A stretch of DNA of 64,000 nucleotides, taken from the IMG/VR virus record IMGVR_UViG_3300044692_000034, positions 64,001 to 128,000 of that record; one strand, written 5' to 3'. The notes beneath the pieces are model-generated. The model was not told where the DNA came from, did no database searches, and worked only from the letters and a program-made list of their open reading frames with translations. Made by a program: the position numbers and the translations under genes. This document shows, piece by piece, positions 55,748 through 64,000 of this stretch (within the stretch, counting starts at the first letter, position 1; every line of letters begins with the position of its first letter). The stretch comes from a virus.

Positions 55748-57100
55748 TTACGTGAACGCCGGCTGCTGACAGCCGACGGTGCAGGTGTAGAGATCGACGC
55801 CCGGGAGCTTCTGGAAGCGGCCGGTGAGCCCGACCTCGGCCGAGCCCTGGTCCGGGTTCGGGCCGGGACTGTCCGGGATCTCCCACTGGACGCCCTCGAC
55901 GTCGATCGCGAACGACGCGTACGTCTGCCCGCCGGAGTCCTTCTTCTGAAGGTTGGCGGAGTAGCCGCCGATCGGCGGGACCCGCTTGACGGGCTTGGTG
56001 CCGGCCACCGGCGTGGGATCGTTGTAGACCCACCGGTTCCACTTCTCCAGCATCGTGTTGTCGAACAGCATGGTCGCGCCGATGGTGGCGCCGACGTTGC
56101 CGCGCGCGAAGTCGAACGGGACGGTGTCGTCTCCGTACACGAACGAGAGGTCCAGGTTGAGGGTGAACTGGAACTGCGTCTGTCCCTCAAAGACCTGGCC
56201 GTCGAGGGTGTACGAGCCGTGGCCCTCGGTATAGATGAGGACCGGACTGGACGGCATGTCGACGGTCGGCTCCGTGGCTTCGTCGTACACCTCACCCGGG
56301 TCGACGAACATGATCGTCGGGGTGACGCGGAGGACCTTGGCGCCGGTGCTCGCCTCGATGACGAGCTGCCCGATCCTGCCGTCGTTCATCTTGAGGCGCT
56401 GGATGCTGCCGATGGTGGCGCCGACGGTCTGCCACCACGTCATCCAGAACCCGACGCCGCCGCCCGGCTTCGTCGCGTGCGAAGCGTTGACACCCGGCGT
56501 GGACTGCACGAACGTGACGTGCGGGCTGCTGCCGCCCGTCAGGTTGTTCGTGTACGCCTTGATCGCGGGCATCGGGCGCTTGGCTCTCAGCCCACCGTAC
56601 GTGAGCGTGATCGCCGCCGGCCACGGGCCGCCCGTGCAGGTGACGTTGCCGGCACCGATGTACGGGTGAGCTTGGAGCGCGGCCTGCACCGCACCGGCCG
56701 TCGCGTTGAAGTTCAGCGGCGTGGTCGGGCGCCCCTCGATGTCGAGCAGGATGCTGCCGCCCGTGGGCGTGCCTCCGAGCGCGATGGTGTCGATCTCGTT
56801 GGTGCCGGAGAGCAGGACGTCTTCGTCGCCGTGGAACATCCACAGCAGCCACGCCAGCTCATCGACGGACCCTTCGACGCCCGGCGTGCCGGTGCCGGTC
56901 ATCGAGTTCAGCCACGTGGTGACGTCGCCGAACGCGGTGCCATCCGAGAAGTTCTCCGTACCAGACTCGACGGCGACCTGTGCGCCACCGGTCACGAGCT
57001 TGAACGAGACGTCTGCGTCGGTGGCCGGCGTTCCCTTGGCCGACTGCTTCGCAGCCCAGACGCGATAGATGTTGGTCTCTGAGAGGGCAGCGTTGGACAT
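55748..57100 (-). CDS. major tail (tube) protein with inserted accessory domain
   Basis: Gene position and high codon bias; NEIDTIALGGTPTGG...NATAGAVQAAL insert typical of actinophage tail proteins. Confidence 0.8.
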   Translation of the reverse strand: MSNAALSETNIYRVWAAKQSAKGTPATDADVSFKLVTGGAQVAVESGTENFSDGTAFGDVTTWLNSMTGTGTPGVEGSVDELAWLLWMFHGDEDVLLSGTNEIDTIALGGTPTGGSILLDIEGRPTTPLNFNATAGAVQAALQAHPYIGAGNVTCTGGPWPAAITLTYGGLRAKRPMPAIKAYTNNLTGGSSPHVTFVQSTPGVNASHATKPGGGVGFWMTWWQTVGATIGSIQRLKMNDGRIGQLVIEASTGAKVLRVTPTIMFVDPGEVYDEATEPTVDMPSSPVLIYTEGHGSYTLDGQVFEGQTQFQFTLNLDLSFVYGDDTVPFDFARGNVGATIGATMLFDNTMLEKWNRWVYNDPTPVAGTKPVKRVPPIGGYSANLQKKDSGGQTYASFAIDVEGVQWEIPDSPGPNPDQGSAEVGLTGRFQKLPGVDLYTCTVGCQQPAFT

Positions 57101-57393
57101 TACTTCTCACCGTCCTTCTCTGCCTTGCTCTTGTCGCGGCCGGCGGATGGCTTCGGAGGCTTCTCCGGCTCCTGCTCCGGCTCCTCGTAAGCCTTCGCGA
57201 GCGCTGTCCTCTTGAGAGGCGCGTACTTGTCGAGCCTGGCGATGGTGGCTTGGTCGTCGACCACGAAGACGCCGTTCGGGCTGCCCTCGACCAACTCCCT
57301 GACGTTGACCGTCGTGCTGTCGTTCACGAAAACCGTGCCCAACGCATCCAGGTCCGTGTACCCCGCCTTTGGCGTGTATGCCACCGCTGTCAC
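57100..57393 (-). CDS. hypothetical virion-region protein
   Basis: TAATG-coupled to the tail tube gene. Confidence 0.6.
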   Translation of the reverse strand: MTAVAYTPKAGYTDLDALGTVFVNDSTTVNVRELVEGSPNGVFVVDDQATIARLDKYAPLKRTALAKAYEEPEQEPEKPPKPSAGRDKSKAEKDGEK

Positions 57394-57547
57394 CGGCCCG
57401 ACCCCCCTTGGAATCTGACTCGCGGCTTGCTGCCCATGCAGCGCCGCTGACTTTATTCGACTCCTAAGTGGGGGCTGACCCCGGCTTCGGTGGGCTCTAG
57501 GATGCCGAGCGGTGCGGAGTGCGTGTGCACTCCCTAGCCGTTCGGCG

Positions 57548-58000
57548 CTACGTCATGTTTTCGTCGTAGCACTGGAACAGGACGCTGCTCATGCCGGTGT
57601 AGCCCTGTCCGCTGTCGCTCTCAAGCATCTGGTGGCCGCGCCACTCCTGCGACTCGATGACCCGCAGGCCCGCCATCTGCCAGTTGAATTTGTCGATGAG
57701 CAGGCGCCGGCATGCGCTGTACAGCTCTTCGTTCCGTGGCCACGTCAGCGTGCGGTACCAGATGTCGATGATGGTGCGACGGAACTCGCTCTCGAACCTG
57801 GCGGCCGTGATGGCGTTGGTATGGATCAGCCCGATTACGGCGTCCTGGCCAACTGCGGTGCCTTCTCCTTCGCGCGGCGCGGGGGTGCCGTCTGCCGGCT
57901 GCCTCCAGATCGGCGGCAGCGACATGTTCGTGCCGTCGCGTGGGTCGCGGCCGATGCTGTTCTCGATGAGGTACGCCTGGATGCGGTCGGCGATGATCAC
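57548..58000 (-). CDS. tail terminator-like protein
   Basis: Size and position; IADRIQAYL N-terminus. Confidence 0.6.
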   Translation of the reverse strand: MIIADRIQAYLIENSIGRDPRDGTNMSLPPIWRQPADGTPAPREGEGTAVGQDAVIGLIHTNAITAARFESEFRRTIIDIWYRTLTWPRNEELYSACRRLLIDKFNWQMAGLRVIESQEWRGHQMLESDSGQGYTGMSSVLFQCYDENMT

Positions 58001-58401
58001 AGGACTGTGCTCTTGAATCGGGTCCGCGACCGCTTGCTCGCGAACGTTTTCTGAACCGAGATGCGTAGCTCCTTCTCGAACACCTTCGCCATCAGGATGG
58101 CGTTGGCTTCGAGGAACTTGGCACGGCCGCCACGCGGATGCTTGAAGTGCAGCGCCTCATGTTGCTTGACGGCGTACGCTCCTTCAACACGGACGAGGAC
58201 GTACCGTGGCAGGACGGTGACACTCACATGGTCGGCGAGCGAGTACCCGGGGTCTGGGTCACGTGCCGGGTCGCCGACTGGGATGTCGGCGATGGTGGCG
58301 AGCGCCAGCTCATCGCCAACAGTCTTGAGGACGTCGTGGCCAGCTTCTTCCATGGCCGCCACGAGCCGCTTTGCAAGACCGTCGAACTTGCTGCTAGGCA
58401 C
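57997..58401 (-). CDS. HK97 gp10-like neck protein
   Basis: YAVKQHE..HFKHPRGGRAKFLE. Confidence 0.75.
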   Translation of the reverse strand: MPSSKFDGLAKRLVAAMEEAGHDVLKTVGDELALATIADIPVGDPARDPDPGYSLADHVSVTVLPRYVLVRVEGAYAVKQHEALHFKHPRGGRAKFLEANAILMAKVFEKELRISVQKTFASKRSRTRFKSTVL

Positions 58402-58759
58402 GCCTGAGGATGATACGGGTTACGCCTGGTAGGCCGGGCGTGGTCGTACGCCGCCGCCACCGCACGATGCCAGTCTCCGCGTCCTGTCCGTCAATTTGGA
58501 ACTCGATGCCGTAGCCGACTTCGAATTCCAGCACAGCTGCGTCTATAACCATGGTCCGGTCGAGGAGCTGGTCGATGACGGGGAGCCCGAGGTCTCCTCG
58601 GCTTGCCCGTGTCCTGTCCTCGTCGACCTCTACGCAGAGTACGCGTTCCTTCCCTGACCACACTTCTGTGCCGGGTACCGCTGGCCTGTCCCACTCGGCT
58701 TCCTGCCCCGGACCAGTCACGCGCGTAAGAACGCAGTTCGTGATCGTCGGGAGCTTCAC
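58394..58759 (-). CDS. head closure/stopper-like protein
   Basis: Size and position; GTGA coupling. Confidence 0.55.
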   Translation of the reverse strand: MKLPTITNCVLTRVTGPGQEAEWDRPAVPGTEVWSGKERVLCVEVDEDRTRASRGDLGLPVIDQLLDRTMVIDAAVLEFEVGYGIEFQIDGQDAETGIVRWRRRTTTPGLPGVTRIILRRA

Positions 58760-59601
58760 CGCACGAGCACCCCCCGAGACCCCCTGACGATCGTGTTCAG
58801 CTCCGGTGTGGAGAACAGGTCGTTGTCGAGATTCGGCTTGGCGTACGTGATTGCCTGGCCGTCGGCTTCTCGACGGACGACTCTCGCGTCGATCGTGCCG
58901 TTCGTCGTCCCGTACATCTCCTGCGCGAGAAGGAACATGGCGCGCTGGACGTCGGCGCCGGCATAGTCCAAGCCGTGCTCGTAGCCAATGGTGGTGCGCT
59001 GCCCCGGCATCCCGTACGACGGGATCCAGTACAGCTTCGACGTTGACGGGTTGTATCTGATGCCTGCGATGGTGTCGGGGGCCCATGCCACGCCGCTGAT
59101 GTCGTCGTGGACCTCGCGGATCGTGCGCAGGTACTTCCAGGTCAAGAATGCGACGAGCCTGTGCGGGATGACCGTCTCGCGGACGTATCGGGGTACGGCC
59201 GCGTACCCGAGCGCGTCCTCTAGCCGTACCTCGATCTGCGTGCGCTTGTCAGCAAGCTGCTCATCGGTGTCGTCGGGGTACAGGCTCGCGAGTACAGACA
59301 GCGGGCACAGGAAACCGCCGACGATCTCGTGGTACGTGTAGAGAGCCTGCACAAGCCCCCCGTACGTGAACTTCCAGCGTGCCACGAGCGTGTCCAGTAG
59401 CGCGGTCTGCGTACCGTTGAGCTGGTAGGTGAACACACCTGTGCCGGCCTCTGTGGCTGCCGTGTCGGGCAGCAGGATCGTGCCGTCGGCGCGGGTGAGC
59501 TGGACCACAGCCGTGTCGGGCGACGGGTCGACGGGCGTGGTACCGGCTGTGACGGTGACCTTGATGGTGGGGTTGCTGCCTTGCAGGATTCTGTCGATCA
59601 T
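58756..59601 (-). CDS. head-tail adaptor with N-terminal Ig-like domain
   Basis: IGYEHG....DVQRA; position. Confidence 0.65.
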   Translation of the reverse strand: MIDRILQGSNPTIKVTVTAGTTPVDPSPDTAVVQLTRADGTILLPDTAATEAGTGVFTYQLNGTQTALLDTLVARWKFTYGGLVQALYTYHEIVGGFLCPLSVLASLYPDDTDEQLADKRTQIEVRLEDALGYAAVPRYVRETVIPHRLVAFLTWKYLRTIREVHDDISGVAWAPDTIAGIRYNPSTSKLYWIPSYGMPGQRTTIGYEHGLDYAGADVQRAMFLLAQEMYGTTNGTIDARVVRREADGQAITYAKPNLDNDLFSTPELNTIVRGSRGVLVR

Positions 59602-59903
59602 TAGCCTACCTCGAGGCGGCCGAGGTCTCGTGTTGGCGGCGCCAACGATACCTCATCGGCGGCTGGTCCTTCTGCGGGCTCGTCGGGTTCAGGCAACGCA
59701 GGCGTCACGTTGATGACACCTTCTTCGCCGGTGGTTGACCACGTGTAGCGCCACTGCCCGAGCTGCGGGAGCCACAACCGGGCCTTGCCCAGAGGCGCCG
59801 GCATGCTCCCATGGAACCCGTCGGGCGCATCGAATTCGAGGGTGCCGTCACGCGGCCCGCGCAGCATGATCGTTGAACCTTGTGGACGTTCGTGCGTGCG
59901 CAT
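59601..59903 (-). CDS. hypothetical protein
   Basis: TAATG coupling. Confidence 0.5.
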   Translation of the reverse strand: MRTHERPQGSTIMLRGPRDGTLEFDAPDGFHGSMPAPLGKARLWLPQLGQWRYTWSTTGEEGVINVTPALPEPDEPAEGPAADEVSLAPPTRDLGRLEVG

Positions 59904-59907
59904 GCGC

Positions 59908-60237
59908 TTACCCCAGGTCCTCGGTCACGACGAACGACGGGTTGCGTTCCTTGTTGTTCGGGAACGTTTGGATCTTGCCGACGGTCCACGTCACCTCGAT
60001 CTCGCAGAAGTACGTGCCTGCGGTGTCAAGGTCGCTCGCGCCCCATGTGTACGACCAGAGGCCGCTCGCGCCGGCCGGCACGTCGCAGGTGCCTTCGATG
60101 GGGTCGACGCGCGCGTCGCACACCGCGATGAACTTGACGGACGTCGCGCCGCTGATGTCGACGGGGCCGTCGTTGTCGGTGAGCTGCCCGCCGATGTCGG
60201 GGGTGGTGTCGCCTGTTTTCCACTCGGGGATTGCCAT
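59908..60237 (-). CDS. BppU-N-like small structural protein
   Basis: KTGDT.P....L.D..GPVDISGA...Y.W...DLDTAG.Y..EIEVTW...QTFP; GGAGG RBS. Confidence 0.7.
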   Translation of the reverse strand: MAIPEWKTGDTTPDIGGQLTDNDGPVDISGATSVKFIAVCDARVDPIEGTCDVPAGASGLWSYTWGASDLDTAGTYFCEIEVTWTVGKIQTFPNNKERNPSFVVTEDLG

Positions 60238-60245
60238 GTCGCCTC

Positions 60246-62276
60246 CTACGGGAACCTGTCCGAAAGGACGTTGTTGACTGTGTTGCTGTCCAGGACTGCG
60301 TTCTCGGAGTTCTCGTCGAGGAGCACATCGATGGTTGACGTACTGTCGTCGAGCTGAACGTTCACCGAGTTGGCCGCGAATACGGCGTTCACCGTGTTCT
60401 CGTCGAGGACTACTGCCTTCGTAGAACCGAAAAGTTCTGTGTTGGTCGGCTCCGCGCTCAAGACGAGCTTGTCGAGCGGCGTCGCATCCAAGATCACGTT
60501 GACCGGCATGGTGAGCGGCGGGCGGCCAAGCGCACGCAATCCGCCCGTTGCACTGCCGTGCCCCGCTGCCGTACCGATGAGCGCAGCGGGCGCATGGGGC
60601 ACGCCAGACATCGCACCCGAGCCGGCGGCCGTGCCACGCAGAAGGCTTACGATGCCGGTGGTATGCGAAAGTTCGTCGCCGGTTTGCCCCTGGTCGGTGT
60701 GAGCGGTGACGTCGCAAGCGAGCTGGAAGCCGACGTCAGCAAAGACAGCGGTGTACGACGCCGACGTCGCGCCACTGATGTTCGTTTGGTCGAACGTGTC
60801 GGGATCGACCCGGACCCACTGGTACGTGAACGTGAGCGGCGGCATCCCGAACCAGTTGCCGTCGTCCGGGTTGCTGACGGTGACCGTGACACCAACGTCG
60901 ACTGTGGTCTTGTTGAGCGGGAACGCTGGTCCGACATGGCTCGGCTCCGGGACCCTGAAGACGTACGCGCCCGTAGCGAGAGTCGCCGACGCCTCTCCTG
61001 AGTCGTTCGTCGCGTAGACGCGACAGTTGACATCATGAAATGAGATGTCGGCGCTCTTCGTAAGCACCAAGCTGTCGTCGGACGACCGGGCTTGGAACGT
61101 ATGCCCACCGATCGAGAAGAACTCGTACTCGAACGTAGGGGTCGGCGAACCAGACCACGCACCCGGGTCAACCGTGATCGTTACCTCTGAGTTGTCGGCC
61201 GGGAGGTAGACGCCTGCCGTGAGGTCACGCACGTAATCGCCGTGGAGTGTCGGAGCGACAACGTTGACTGGCGGCTCGGCCGGGAAATCGGGGCCGCCCG
61301 TCAGGGTGCCGGAGCCATCGGCGCTGCCTGAGAGCAGCGGTGGCGCATGCGCGGCGCCAGTGAGAGAACTGACGCCTGCCATGGTGCCCACTAGTGCCGG
61401 CACAAAGTTGATGGCGCCGGTTAGCGTGCTCGTGCCCGCCGAAGTGCCGGAGAGGATCGCGACTACCTTGACGGAGCCGGTTGTGGCGCCTGTCCCTGCC
61501 ATGGTGCCGGTGAGCTGCCCCGGCCGTGAGACGGTGCCGCTCATGGCGCCCAAGCCGGCCATGGTCCCCGACAGGTGGTCAGAGACCCGCACGGTGCCGC
61601 TCATCGAGCCCGTGCCATGCATGCTGCCCGAGATCGCAGCGCCCGTCGGCGGTGCGCTCGCAGCACCGAGGTAGCAGTCGTCCAGGAAGACTTCGAAGTT
61701 CTGGTTGCCGATGCCAGTAAGGCCGCTCGTGTACACCGAGTCGGTGAACGTAAGGAGCACATTCGAGAAATCGTTGACGTACGCTGTGAGCACGTCGTCA
61801 ACTATCTGGAAGAGGATGACGTCACCGGGGCTCATAGACCACGTGCCCCCGGACTCGTCACTTGTCAGCAGTGTCAGGTCGCTGTCAGCGAAGATGCCGT
61901 CGGCGCGTTCGATCTTGTATGAGTCGGTTCCGAGTGCGTTGATGTACCACGAGAACCGGTAGCCCGTCGTACCAAACCCGACGTTTGCGATGCGAAGCCA
62001 CAACGCCATCTGGATGTCGTTGGAGTTACCGATACCGTCGCGGTACTCCAACGCGATAGCGGAGTCCGTCAAGATGTTGCCGTCATCCCAGACCTGTGAC
62101 GCGCAGTCACCTGAGCCGTTGGCCTGCGTGCCGTCAGACCAGTAGCCCATGGTGTTGAACCCACCATAGACGTCACTTGCCGACCAGGACGTTCCGCCCG
62201 GGTTGTTACCGAGTTCTGTGCCGTCAGTCCAGCCGTCGAAGTTGTCGACTTCGGTTAGGCCGTCAGTAAACGGCAC
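60246..62276 (-). CDS. virion surface/fibre protein (lectin-like N-terminus, 20-aa repeats, Ig-like repeats)
   Basis: Repeats of xxGxMAGxGxMxG; PPVNVVAPT...GAWSGSPTPTFEY; TFTYQW...NISGAT. Confidence 0.7.
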   Translation of the reverse strand: MPFTDGLTEVDNFDGWTDGTELGNNPGGTSWSASDVYGGFNTMGYWSDGTQANGSGDCASQVWDDGNILTDSAIALEYRDGIGNSNDIQMALWLRIANVGFGTTGYRFSWYINALGTDSYKIERADGIFADSDLTLLTSDESGGTWSMSPGDVILFQIVDDVLTAYVNDFSNVLLTFTDSVYTSGLTGIGNQNFEVFLDDCYLGAASAPPTGAAISGSMHGTGSMSGTVRVSDHLSGTMAGLGAMSGTVSRPGQLTGTMAGTGATTGSVKVVAILSGTSAGTSTLTGAINFVPALVGTMAGVSSLTGAAHAPPLLSGSADGSGTLTGGPDFPAEPPVNVVAPTLHGDYVRDLTAGVYLPADNSEVTITVDPGAWSGSPTPTFEYEFFSIGGHTFQARSSDDSLVLTKSADISFHDVNCRVYATNDSGEASATLATGAYVFRVPEPSHVGPAFPLNKTTVDVGVTVTVSNPDDGNWFGMPPLTFTYQWVRVDPDTFDQTNISGATSASYTAVFADVGFQLACDVTAHTDQGQTGDELSHTTGIVSLLRGTAAGSGAMSGVPHAPAALIGTAAGHGSATGGLRALGRPPLTMPVNVILDATPLDKLVLSAEPTNTELFGSTKAVVLDENTVNAVFAANSVNVQLDDSTSTIDVLLDENSENAVLDSNTVNNVLSDRFP
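61295..61634. repeat. about six degenerate 60-bp (20-aa) tandem repeats
   Basis: 60-nt periodicity (atggtgcc.. at 61381, 61501, 61561, 61621). Confidence 0.7.
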
Positions 62277-62289
62277 GGCGACTCCCGGT

Positions 62290-62577
62290 CTACTGGAGGC
62301 CGGTCAACTGATCGGCGAAGAAGAAGAAGTTGTTCTCTTCGGCTTGCGTGCCCTGGCCCTCAGCGATCGCGATGAGGGCTGTGAGCTGCGAGAACGCGGA
62401 CTTGACGAGCGTGACGTCGTCCTCGGTGTATCCCATGCCCATAAGGGTCGGGGTGTCGCGGGCCGCGAGGTACGCCTGGATCTTCTCAATCGTCGCGAAC
62501 TGGTTATGCAGCCCGATGATGCAGTTGCCGATCGTCCGGTCCAGCGTGGCCTTGTCGACTGGGATTCCGACGCTCAT
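62290..62577 (-). CDS. hypothetical protein
   Basis: GAGG RBS; codon bias. Confidence 0.65.
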   Translation of the reverse strand: MSVGIPVDKATLDRTIGNCIIGLHNQFATIEKIQAYLAARDTPTLMGMGYTEDDVTLVKSAFSQLTALIAIAEGQGTQAEENNFFFFADQLTGLQ

Positions 62578-62579
62578 GG

Positions 62580-62831
62580 TTAGTCCTCGTCGAGTGCGGT
62601 CACGGTATACGTCAGTTCGCGTGAGATGGTCGTGCTGCCATCGTTCGCGAGACTGAAATCTGTTTGTTCGACGTGGTATCCGGCTGCACCACCGTCAGTG
62701 CTGACAACCAATACATCTCCAGAGATGACAAGGTCTGGCTCTACCTGGAGTGCCTCGAGGATCGTGAAGTATCCATCGGTGGGGTTGAACGGACCACGTT
62801 GCTGTCCGTTGAAAAGAAGATAGGTAGCCAT
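62580..62831 (-). CDS. hypothetical protein
   Basis: ATG immediately after the upstream stop. Confidence 0.55.
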   Translation of the reverse strand: MATYLLFNGQQRGPFNPTDGYFTILEALQVEPDLVISGDVLVVSTDGGAAGYHVEQTDFSLANDGSTTISRELTYTVTALDED

Positions 62832-62832
62832 G

Positions 62833-63897
62833 TCAGTCCGCTGTCGTGGTGTAAGCACTCGTCGCGAACGTCGCGGGCGTTTGGGTCGTAGACACCGTCA
62901 CGCTCGTGCACGTTCCGTACTTGCGCAGCTCACCGCTCACGTTGGTGGATGAGATTCCTTGGACGTTGGCGAATGCCACGATGGTGCTGCTGCCGGCCGT
63001 GCACGCCGCATACGCGATTGCGGAGCCGTTTGACGAAGAACCGCCTGATGCTGCGCCCATCACAGACGAATTGACCTGAGCCGGCGCGTATCCGGTGTAC
63101 GTCGGCTTATGCGAGCCGTCGTTCGCTGCCGTAGCGCCGTCGCTGTCGGTGAACGCGAGGATGCTCAGCGCGATGTAGAACGGGTCGACGAGTGCCGGGA
63201 ACCGGGTCTTCTGGTTCTCCTGATCGATGATCTGGTTCTCCCAGACATCCGACCAGCCCGTCCCGCCCGAGATCGTGTTCGTCTTCTTCTTCAGCTCGTC
63301 GGAGGCGGCCTGCCCCCACACCGCTGCGTGCTGCGCAAAGACCTGCTCCAGCCACACGTTGAACGCATCGCTGGACAGGATTGGAAGTTGCATGTACTGC
63401 CCGGCGTGCGGGTTCAACCACACGCGCTTGTCCTCTGGGATCTCCGTCGCAGCTTTGGCCCAGGGGCCATCGAAGACGCATGAGCGTTGAGCGTTGATCA
63501 GCTCAGCCGCCTCGTTCGTGTTGAACGTCTTCTCCTCGCCGAGCGGTTCCTTGATCGCCTCGAGGCCCTGCTGCGAGAGCATGTACGTCTTGCCCTCGAT
63601 CCGCCAATGCCGGTGGGGCATGGCGAGACGGCGGGCGAACGTCTCCGCCGTCTCGTCGTGCATCTCGATCGTGTGCGGGTGGCTCTGCGCGAGCAACGCG
63701 AGCCGTGTCGCGTTCTGCTGCTCGTCCAGGTCGACGACGTACCCCTTCTTGACCAGCGCCTGGACCTGCTTCGAAACGGCCAGCTCTGACCTGTTCGCGG
63801 CATAGGGGTCCGTGCGCAGCATGTGCGTCACGTCCTCGATATTCCGTGGGCAGCCCAGGTGGACGAGCGTCCGCCTGTCCAGTTCAAGAAGGGGCAT
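62833..63897 (-). CDS. virion structural protein (C-terminal phage fibre/decoration-like domain) with an unrelated N-terminal domain
   Basis: WSDVWENQIID...YIAL...YTGYA..QV...SNGSAIAY. Confidence 0.6.
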   Translation of the reverse strand: MPLLELDRRTLVHLGCPRNIEDVTHMLRTDPYAANRSELAVSKQVQALVKKGYVVDLDEQQNATRLALLAQSHPHTIEMHDETAETFARRLAMPHRHWRIEGKTYMLSQQGLEAIKEPLGEEKTFNTNEAAELINAQRSCVFDGPWAKAATEIPEDKRVWLNPHAGQYMQLPILSSDAFNVWLEQVFAQHAAVWGQAASDELKKKTNTISGGTGWSDVWENQIIDQENQKTRFPALVDPFYIALSILAFTDSDGATAANDGSHKPTYTGYAPAQVNSSVMGAASGGSSSNGSAIAYAACTAGSSTIVAFANVQGISSTNVSGELRKYGTCTSVTVSTTQTPATFATSAYTTTAD

Positions 63898-64000
63898 TCT
63901 GCGTGAGTCCCTTGTCGTTAGCTCGTGCGCTTGGCGCGAGCACGACGCGCCGCCGTGGGCTTGGCGGCGGTGCCGAGCGGAGCCGCGTCGCCGTTGGGCT

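Noticed and set aside
59908-60717. ORF-track N-terminal extensions (also on 1764-3971, 6295-7029, 26038-27720, 54813-56042, 58394-59086)
   Set aside because: The extensions overlap upstream genes. Downstream starts with an RBS or stop/start coupling were used instead.

Overview
This window is about 64 kb of a large, high-GC tailed (siphovirus-like) phage genome, probably infecting an actinobacterium. Almost every gene is on the minus strand. Right arm (38.3-64 kb): virion and lysis genes, comprising head-tail joining proteins, tail tube, a tail chaperone with a GGGAAAA -1 frameshift, a 2057-aa tape measure with M23 and lysozyme-like domains, Dit/hub proteins, a CHAP endolysin with holin-like proteins, and a tail fibre/spike. 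Middle (8.4-34.8 kb): early, DNA-metabolism and recombination genes, including Bet/RecT plus a PD-(D/E)XK nuclease, YhaM, a DprA-like protein, HNH, two paralogous DNA methyltransferases, class II RNR, RusA, an HD hydrolase, vWA, Ku, DUF932, DUF5131 and an Rpf-like muralytic enzyme. An initiator tRNA-Met lies at 38.2 kb. Main surprise, left end (0.3-8.05 kb): an apparently intact, translationally coupled Gram-positive conjugation (mating-pair formation) operon in ICEBs1/Tn916/pCW3 order, TcpC-TcpD/pilin-TcpE-VirB4-VirB6-?-CwlT. It is co-oriented with the phage genes, and no coupling protein or relaxase is recognisable in the window. It is followed directly by two tandem Y-RNA-like ncRNAs, one of them a YrlA-type permuted tRNA mimic. 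The element is a candidate phage/conjugative-element hybrid. No integrase, capsid, portal or full terminase is visible; they may lie outside the window. All protein assignments come from motif recognition by eye, not from database searches.
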